From assembly GCF_001194135.2 (NCBI RefSeq), contig NC_068991.1, positions 19,367,649 to 19,402,686 of the forward strand: DNA of 35,038 nt. The letters run 5' to 3'. The notes below the pieces were generated by a model. The model was not told the origin of the DNA, made no database searches, and saw nothing but the letters and a program-made list of their open reading frames with translations. Source of the DNA: Octopus bimaculoides (Eukaryota). Position 1 is the stretch's first letter. Each line of letters opens with the position of its first letter. This document shows positions 26,993 through 35,038 of this stretch, in pieces. The position numbers and the translations under genes are program-made.

Positions 26993-27377
26993 TGAAATAG
27001 AAATTAGCAAAATGTGGAATCTGAAGACGAAAACAATACCTATTGTCATAGGTGCCCTGGGAATGACAGCGAAACGGGCTGATTACTACCTAGATCAGAT
27101 TCCAGGAAACCCCAAAATGGCTGAAGTTCAAAAGATAGTGCTCATGGGAACTGCCCATATCCTACGTAAAATACTGTCTATGTGATCTCAAATTTTAAAG
27201 CAAACACATAATTTTCTTATGGTTTCTTAAACATTCACTTGAACAAAACTGTACAAATCCAAATATATGGTACTCTAGGCATAACACCTACATGAACTTC
27301 TAACTTGTTGTCTCTTGAGGTCTCTGGGTGAGACTTGGATCCAACTTGTACAAATGCAAAACAAAAGTCAAACATAA

Positions 27378-27419
<42 letters not shown>
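26993..27419 (+). mobile_element. Dong/R4 LINE 3' fragment (second subfamily) plus (TAA)n
   Basis: EIEISKMWNLKTKTIPIVIGALG...VQKIVLMGTAHILRKILSM* (stop 27183-27185), then an approximately 190-nt 3'UTR unlike that of the 18636 element, then (TAA)n from 27380. Confidence 0.93.
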
Positions 27420-27544
27420 NNNNNNNNNNNNNNNNNNNNNNNNNNNNNNNNNNNNNNNNNNNNNNNNNNNNNNNNNNNNNNNNNNNNNNNNNNNNNNNNN
27501 NNNNNNNNNNNNNNNNNNNNNNNNNNNNNNNNNNNNNNNNNNNN

Positions 27545-27765
27545 ATATCCTACGTAAAATACTGTCTATGTGATCTCAAATTTTAAAGCAAACACATAAT
27601 TTTCTTATGGTTTCTTAAACATTCACTTGAACAAAACTGTACAAATCCAAATATATGGTACTCTAGGCATAACACCTACATGAACTTCTAACTTGTTGTC
27701 TCTTGAGGTCTCTGGGTGAGACTTGGATCCAACTTGTACAAATGCAAAACAAAAGTCAAACATAA

Positions 27766-27815
<50 letters not shown>
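27545..27815 (+). repeat. Apparently identical second copy of the Dong 3' end (probable assembly duplication across the gap)
   Basis: 27545 onward reads the same as 27157-27419 and begins exactly at the gap edge. Confidence 0.75.
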
Positions 27816-27817
<2 letters not shown>

Positions 27818-27988
27818 TCGAAATATAACTTAGGAATGAGAACCCAGGTTCGAAATTTCCCCAAGACGCCCGATGAAGGCTGGAGGGTATATCAGCCGAA
27901 ACGTTGTTAAAAACTAACAAGATGAGGACAAATATCCGTCAATTGTAAATAATGTAAATAATTGCTCATCTCTTAAATATAGAACTGT
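27816..27988 (+). mobile_element. Penelope-like pseudo-LTR/terminal repeat, direct copy, with degenerate hammerhead (27865-27910)
   Basis: GACGC-CCGATGA-A-GGCTG-gagggtatat-CAGCC-GAA-ACGT-T-GTTAA. It carries a U4>C core change and a broken helix I. Confidence 0.8.
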
Positions 27989-28123
27989 ATCGACTCCAGT
28001 GTTTAACTGGTAATTAATATATCGACCCCGAAAGGCGGATTGTGAAATCAGAACATAAAGACAGAAGAAATGCCGCTAAGCATTTCGCTCGGCGTGCTAA
28101 CGATTCTGTCAGCTCACCGCCTT
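27989..28123 (-). mobile_element. SINE family A, 5' portion of the split copy
   Basis: ATCGACTCCAGTGTTTAACTGG...ATCGACCCCGAAAGG...CCGCTAAGCATTTCG...CCGCCTT. Confidence 0.85.
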
Positions 28124-28137
28124 AATAATACTAATAC

Positions 28138-28352
28138 TGGTTTCAAATTTTGCCACAAGGGCAGCAATTTTGGGGGAGGGGATGAGTCGATTACATAGAC
28201 CCCAGTGCGTAACTGGTACTTAATTTATCGACCCCGAAAGGATGAAAGGCAAAGTCGACCTCGGCGAAATTTAAACTAAGAATGTAGCGACGGGCGAAAT
28301 ACCGCTAAGCATTTCGTCCAGCGTGCTAGCGATTCAGCAAGGTCGCCGCCTT
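28138..28352 (-). mobile_element. SINE family A, near full-length
   Basis: Minus strand starts AAGGCGGCGACCTTGCTGAATCGCTAGCACG (tRNA-like head) and has a central GTCGACTTTGCCTTTCATCCTTTCGGGGTCGATAAATTAAGTACCAG block. Flanked by TAA-type repeats. Confidence 0.9.
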
Positions 28353-28383
28353 AATAATGGTAATAACAACAACAACAACAACA

Positions 28384-28435
<52 letters not shown>

Positions 28436-28472
28436 TAATAATAATAATAATAACAACAATAATAATAATGAT

Positions 28473-28685
28473 AAAGACAGCAAGCTGGCAGAATGGTTAG
28501 CACGCCAAGCAAAATGCTAAGTGGCATTTCTTTCGTCTTTAGGTCCTAAGTTCAGATCACCCGCGAAGCCGACTTTCATTATTTCGAGGTCAATGAAATA
28601 AGTACCCATTGAGCATTGGTTTTGATGTAATCGATTAGGCCCCCACCCACCAAAATTTCAAGCATATGCATGTTGTAGAAAGGAT
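28473..28685 (+). mobile_element. SINE family A, diverged copy, head-to-head with the preceding copy
   Basis: AAGACAGCAAGCTGGCAGAATGGTTAGCACGCC...AAATGCTAAG...GAAATAAGTACC...ATGTAATCGATT...AAAATTTC is the reverse complement pattern of 28138-28352. Confidence 0.8.
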
Positions 28686-29250
28686 CATCATCATCATCAT
28701 CATTTTAAGTACTCTATTTTTATTCCTGGATATTTTTTGTTTTGTTTTGAGAATATATCTCTGCATGTTAGCTAGTTTATTAGGGTTCATTGCTCTCGGC
28801 AAATCCTTATCTAGGTTATTTTCTTCCAGATTTTATATGTAAATGTGTTTTCATTCTGTGAGTAGAGCACTGCTGTAAGCTATTATTAATACTTTGCGCG
28901 CGTAAGCGAAAGTAGGATATTGTTATCAATCATCTTCCTCTGCTTATCTGTATGTTTGCAAAATTACTGGAAGACGGCTGAACGGATTTTCATCACATTT
29001 GGAATAGAAATACTCATTAGGTGAATAGCTCGCAATGATGAACATTTAGTTTGATTATCTTTAAAAAAAAATCCCAATTACATATTTCCCTATAAGCAGG
29101 TAGTCATATTATTTTGTTCATTTTGCTTTTCATATGAATCGCCCCTCATCTGCGTGTGCATAGATCATGGTGTACCTATGCGCGTAGACACGTGTGCGTC
29201 CATACATACATACATATGCAACTGTGTGTGTGTGAGTGCGTGCGTGTGTG

Positions 29251-29287
<37 letters not shown>

Positions 29288-29517
29288 GTGCGTGTACACT
29301 GATGGATTCAAAGGTTTCATTTATTTACGAGTTGATTTCTTGATTTCACCGGAGTATAAATACCTATAATGCTGATATTAAAAAAAAAAGAAATTAATTC
29401 AGTTCAGTTAAAAAGCATGGGTAATCAACGCATTGTAAGTCACACTATAATACGCGAAAACATTTATCTGCACGCCGTGTATGCATCACCCCCTCCGATG
29501 CGTTTAGCATTATTATT

Positions 29518-29698
29518 CAGTAGTTTTATTTTAATCACGTGCTTTCACTACTCTACCGAACGCAGTTCTGTGTGCCTTGGGTATGTGCTGTGGTTTGCTG
29601 TAGTGCTCATATTTTCACTGTATTGAAAGTGTTTCGTAGGATGTGCGCGGTACCTAGTAGTGTTATTTCTGTATGATATGTATACTTGTAAGTCCCGG
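29518..29698 (-). mobile_element. Dong/R4 LINE 3' fragment, same subfamily as 18636
   Basis: Homologous to 18636-18820 (CAGTAGTTTTATT...GTGTGCCTTGGGTATGTGCTGTGGTTTGCTGT...). Encodes QKITLLGTAHILR and ends in TAATAA. Confidence 0.92.
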
Positions 29699-29699
29699 A

Positions 29700-29895
29700 A
29701 CACTACCTTTAGTCGAGCAAATCGACCCCAGGACTTATTCTTTGTAAGCCTAGTACTTTTGGATGGAACAAACATATACACACACATACATATACATATA
29801 TATACATATACAACGGGCTTCTTTCAGTTTCCGTCTATCAAATCCACTCACAAGGCTTTGGTCGGCCCGAAGCTATAGTAGAAGACACTTGCCCA
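29700..29895 (-). mobile_element. SINE family B fragment (internally deleted, headless)
   Basis: Near-identical block to 13232-13280, continuing to GAAGACACTTGCCCA (CORE-adjacent). Confidence 0.85.
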
Positions 29896-30613
29896 AAAAT
29901 CCTTCAGAAATTGTTAGAATTTTCACAAATTTTTCGGAGGCAAGATACGCCCACAAAAACAACAGTTCTCGAAATTAAGTGAGACACAAAAAGTTTTTCA
30001 CAAAAAATTCTCAGTTCGCCGTCATGGTGAGTCGAACACGCCCACCAATAACGACGAACGAGAAACACAATTTGCTCACTAAAATTAGCAACAACTACAG
30101 TCGCCGTAGCAGACGAAATTGCCCAGAGCTGGGCGAAATTTACTGTGAAAAAATATATACAACAATAATTCTCNNNNNNNNNNNNNNNNNNNNNNNNNNN
30201 NNNNNNNNNNNNNNNNNNNNNNNNNNNNNNNNNNNNNNNNNNNNNNNNNNNNNNNNNNNNNNNNNNNNNNNNNNNNNNNNNNNNNNNNNNNNNNNNNNNN
30301 NNNNNNNNNNNNNNNNNNNNNNNNNNNNNNNNNNNNNNNNNNNNNNNNNNNNNNNNNNNNNNNNNNNNNNNNNNNNNNNNNNNNNNNNNNNNNNNNNNNN
30401 NNNNNNNNNNNNNNNNNNNNNNNNNNNNNNNNNNNNNNNNNNNNNNNNNNNNNNNNNNNNNNNNNNNNNNNNNNNNNNNNNNNNNNNNNNNNNNNNNNNN
30501 NNNNNNNNNNNNNNNNNNNNNNNNNNNNNNNNNNNNNNNNNNNNNNNNNNNNNNNNNNNNNNNNNNNNNNNNNNNNNNNNNNNNNNNNNNNNNNNNNNNN
30601 NNNNNNNNNNNNN

Positions 30614-30667
30614 CTACTACTACTACTACTACTACAACGACAACAACAACAACAACAACAACAACAG

Positions 30668-30699
<32 letters not shown>

Positions 30700-30775
30700 A
30701 CTACTACTAGTACTACTACTACTACTACTACTACTACTGCTGCTGCTACTGCCGCTGCTGCTGCTGTTGCTGCTG

Positions 30776-30820
<45 letters not shown>

Positions 30821-30901
30821 TTACTACTGCTGCTGCTACTGCCGCCGCTGCTGCTGCTGCTGCCACTACTACTACTACTACTACTATTACTACTGCTGCT
30901 G

Positions 30902-30936
<35 letters not shown>

Positions 30937-31075
30937 GCTACTACTACTACTACAACTACTGATGCTGCTACTACTACTTTATCTACCACAGCAGCAACAA
31001 ATACTACTACTACTACATCAGCTGCTGTTACAACTGCTACTGCTGCTACCACTGTCATTACTACATATTTGTTTT

Positions 31076-31117
<42 letters not shown>

Positions 31118-31490
31118 AAACGTCCTAATCGTCCTTTACTCACAGGAATTCTCAAAGTACCACAGGACTTAAAATTCCAACACGCATTAATCGACCCAAG
31201 TACTCGCTCCACCGTCTCCACCATTATCCCAACCACCATTACAACCTTCACTACTACGACTGCAACCACCATTACCGCCATCTTTACATCTATCACCGTT
31301 ACCGCTATCACCATCAGCTTCCTTATCGTCATCACCACCATCAACATATATATACTACCATCACCACCACCACCACTACTACTGCTATTACTATGGCCAC
31401 CACCACCACCACTACCACCACCACCACAACAACCCTTACTACTACTACTACTACTACTGCTGCTACTGCTGCTGCTGCTGTCAAATCGCT
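30614..31490. repeat. Compound (CTA)/(CTG)/(CAA)/(CCA) array
   Basis: Direct reading. Confidence 0.95.
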
Positions 31491-31697
31491 GCTGCCGCCG
31501 CCATGTTCGTTTTTGGTTTGTTTTCAGCTGAGAGGTTAATGGAGGTGATGACCGACTATCTGTCAACAATAAGCCGGCATATGAACATATACATACATAC
31601 ATAAACATACACACACGTGTGTGTGCATGTATGTAAGTATGTATGCGTGTGGGTATGAGTGTATATGCAAGTACGTATCTGTGTGTGTGCGTATGTA

Positions 31698-31757
<60 letters not shown>

Positions 31758-32451
31758 TAAAAATTAAATAATGTCTGATCAAACCAATAAATATAGTCAA
31801 AAAGTACCATTAAATATTTCTCTTTCACATCGAATAAAAAAATTAATTACTGAGTGATGTGTAGTGTATAAGACGAGTAGGGGCATTCATGCATATATGC
31901 ATGCATGTGTTTATGCATGTATGGATGTGTGTATGTATGTATATATATGTATGTGTGCATGCATGTATGTATGCATGTTTGTATGTATGTATGTGTGTAT
32001 GTATGTATGTATGTATGTATGCATGTAATAGGTATCTATGTAGGAGAGTTGGTAGGTAGAAAGATATGGTAAGTATCTAGGGATGTATGTAGGTAGCTAC
32101 TTGGCTAGGTAGGTAGATTAATTAGCTAGTTAGCTCGGTACATGGCTACGTCTATGTAACTGAGTTGTATTATGTGTAACTGAGTTGCACATAATAAAGA
32201 TTTGTAAACACACATATGAGCAAAATACTCAGGGTTGTATGTTGATCGGTTGTGTGAAACTTTGAGTAACAGTTTGTGAAGTTATTTGGGTTTCGATAAA
32301 ACGCCATGTGTGCGCGTTTGTCTGCAGCTGTTTGTCAATCGTAACATAAATACTTCGTTAGGCATATCTATAACGATATTCGTCTGGGGATATCTCTGTT
32401 GGACGTGTTGTGTTCAGAATACAATGTGTATCAGAGGGAAACAAGAATCAT

Positions 32452-32479
32452 CCTAGCAACGGTTAGCGAGGGCGCCAAA
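32452..32479. promoter_or_regulatory. Adjacent RFX X-box half-site (CCTAGCAAC) and E2F-like site (GGCGCCAAA)
   Basis: Exact motifs at 32452-32460 and 32471-32479 in a CpG-containing unique island. A TATATAAA lies at about 32508. Motif match only. Confidence 0.3.
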
Positions 32480-32753
32480 TGCGTTAATGGGTCCCTTCGA
32501 TAAATATATAAATAACATTTCAGTTACCTATTCTGACGTTGTTTTCATTCGATTCTTCTTTAATTTCAAGCCATGCTGTTTGTAGCGATTCACCCTGTGG
32601 TGAATTCGTTAGTACGATCTTGAATAGAAGGTTTTTTTTTAATCAATGCAATTAGAAGAATAACCAGATGCTGGACATATAACCATCTTCTTCTTCCCCA
32701 AGCAAACGCTTGTTCCATACATAAACACGCAAGTATGTATGTGAGTGGATATA

Positions 32754-33955
32754 CCGTGGTTCCCCGAAAAAAAACCCTAGTGCATTTTTTGGATGCAAAA
32801 TTAATGTAAGACCAGGTCTTATTTTCAGGGAATGTCTTATATTTTTTGCGAAAAAACCCCCCAAAAAACCCAAGAAAGACAAAAGGTCTCATTTCCTCGA
32901 GTAAAAGGAAAAAAGATTGTAAAAAGGAAACTCATGTTTTTAGTTAACAAAACTTTATTTATTTGCTTCTTGTTTTTAGTCATGTACAAACATTTCGTCC
33001 TCTTCTGGAACATCGTTATAAATCATCAAACCCCGAACTTCAGACTGAATTTCTTGTAAATCCCTTTCCTGTAGAATCATGGACCCCAATCTCTCATGTT
33101 TGGCAATATAACTTTCCTTAAATGAACACTTTTTTTGTCCTACTACCCTGCTCGTAGTGCATTGGAAACGCAACTGTTGGCAATTTTATTCCATGAATTG
33201 TTCACGCAATTCACGATTCCTTAGAGGTTGGGTTTGACAAAGTTTCCACGCTGAATTCTCTCCATTCTATGTTCGATATATTCATTCACTTCCATACGCA
33301 AATAATCCTTGAAGGGCTTGTTTATTACAAGATCTAATGTTTATAGATATGAAGTCAATTATGTGGTCAATTCTTCTTTCAGAAAGGAAGGTTTTCATAT
33401 CTTTTACGCAATAAGTACTGGCCGAATCCCAGACTACAAGACCTCTTTGAGAACCACATAAAACAAGTGGCATAGTTAAATCAACCCGTTTTCTTATAAC
33501 AGCTTGTGTGCACCAAGCCTTTTCCGTTTCAAGGACATAAATGCCCGAAACCCGTTCTATTTTCTCTGTTTTGCCCTTTGTGATGATAAGCAGTGGGACT
33601 TTTGTTCCATCAAGACAAATTGCTAAAATACAAGTAACTCTTGCACTTTCGTAACCCCTTTAGGCAACGTAGGCACCTGTCTATTCAATTGTTTTAGATC
33701 CTTGGCCCATAAATATTGCGGTCTCATCCGTAGCAATTATTTGGAGAGATTGCGTTTAGAAAAGTCGGTACCATCAACGAAGGACATGAATGCAAGTGCA
33801 CGTTGAATCGCTTCTGCATCCTCCAGCTTGCACAGTGTTGTCGATCTTCTTAGAGAGAGCTCATATCACCGAAGGAAGTTATCCAACCAATGAGGTGATG
33901 CTTTGAATATGTCTGGGGCTATATCCAACTGTGGTACAAATGCAAAAGCATATAT
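32754..33955 (-). mobile_element. pogo/Tc2-type DNA transposon remnant (CENP-B HTH end plus DDE_1 transposase pseudogene), one terminus intact
   Basis: Minus strand gives FKASPHWLDNFLR*YELSLRRST, ATDETAIF (D1 about 33727), RVTCILAICLDGTKVPLLIITKGK, EKAW, LVVWDSAST (D2 about 33427) and YL*TLDLVINKPFKDYLR (D3 about 33333). The terminus is TA|CCGTGGTTCCCCGAAAA at 32752-32770, with an internal inverted GTCTTATTTTCAGGGAA. Stops and frameshifts present. Confidence 0.92.
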
Positions 33956-33960
33956 GTGAA

Positions 33961-34283
33961 AGAAGAAAAAGAAAAAAGGATATTGGGGAGTTAATAATTG
34001 TTTATTATTAACTGCAAATTAGCCATCATCTACTGTTTCAATTAATACTCAGTAAATATTAAATAAATACCCTTGGATGTTTTATGTGTTTATTCATAAG
34101 CACATATAAAACATCCACGGGTATATTTTGTTCCCTCTGAAGATATTATGTTCAGGTCATATAAATTTAATATTTACTTGATATTTACTGAGTATTGATC
34201 GAAACAGCTGTAAGTGATGATGATTAATTTACTCTTAATAATAAACAATTATTAGCTTCCCAATCTCCATTTTCTTTTTCTTC
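33961..34283. mobile_element. Fold-back/MITE-like palindromic element with long imperfect arms and an inner hairpin
   Basis: Left arm AGAAGAAAAAGAAAAAAGGATATTGGGGAGTTAATAATTGTTTATTATTAA...CTGTTTCAATTAATACTCAGTAAATAT. Right arm ATATTTACTGAGTATTGATCGAAACAG...TTAATAATAAACAATTATTAGCTTCCCAATCTCCATTTTCTTTTTCTTCT. Inner stem 34067-34088/34101-34124. Confidence 0.8.
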
Positions 34284-34594
34284 TTTTCTTCTCACTTCTT
34301 TTTCTTCTTTTCTTCTCACTTCTTTTCCTTCTTTTCTTCTCACTTCTCGTCACTCATTGTGTACCGAACGCCCTCAGAACTATTATTCCCAGTCCTTCCT
34401 GACCCAGTCCTTCCGACCTCTGGAAACTTCTTCCTGCTCATGTCTGTTTTGTATGTGGTTAAACTGCTGCACTTTAAATAGAACACTTATGGCATAGTGA
34501 ATCACTTGTCTTGGAGATCCGGCAAAGATCACTTCTGCATTCAACAAGTAAATCTCTCTCTTTCTTTCTTTCTTTCTTTCTGCAACTCTTCATT

Positions 34595-34694
<100 letters not shown>

Positions 34695-35038
34695 CAAGCA
34701 CTTTCTGCAACTTTGTGTAGGTGTCTGAGCAGGTATCGCCATGACAACTTTGTCATGGCCAATGCGATGATCACACGCTACACACCTTTCTTCCAAGCAC
34801 TGCTGTAAACAGCGGAAGTGAACTAGAACGTTAAAACTTAGTGCGTATGCACATAGGAGTTCAAGGCCAACCTTTGCCGAGTGGCTTCACTCTGCATGCT
34901 TTAGCTTCGTTATATAGCTACAGTCCGGATACTTATTGATCAGACTGCATATATTATATTTATATTTATATATGTGTGTGTGTGTATATATGTGTAGATG
35001 TATGGTATATATTTATGTATATATATATATATATATAT

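Noticed and set aside
27157-27815. Apparent tandem duplication of the Dong 3' end
   Set aside because: The copies look identical and meet at an N-gap bordered by (TAA)n, the typical signature of an unmerged contig overlap. Treated as a probable artefact until long reads show otherwise.

Overview
Eukaryotic, AT-rich, microsatellite-saturated scaffold segment with 16 N-gaps (about 6 kb, roughly 17%). The repeat families (tRNA-derived CORE-type SINE, a second abundant tRNA-SINE, Dong/R4 LINEs, Penelope-type hammerhead repeat) point to an octopus genome; this is inferred from recognised repeat families, not a database result. No intact protein-coding gene is supportable. Almost all long ORFs in the track are artefacts of N-runs or simple repeats. 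The recognisable content is decayed mobile DNA: a mariner remnant (3781-4407), a degraded non-LTR RT (about 4820-5150), Dong/R4 RLE-LINE pieces of two subfamilies ending on (TAA) arrays, a possible CR1-like 3' end, a pogo/Tc2-type DDE element (32754-33955), a roughly 320-bp fold-back element and several SINEs. The most interesting structure is at 26832-28000. It is a composite insertion bounded by a 12-bp direct repeat inside a SINE, made of two inverted hammerhead-ribozyme-bearing repeats (one with an intact minimal core) enclosing a Dong LINE 3' end. A few isolated splice-signal-bounded exon candidates (minus strand) and an RFX+E2F motif pair suggest the window may be intronic or promoter-proximal, but this is unproven.
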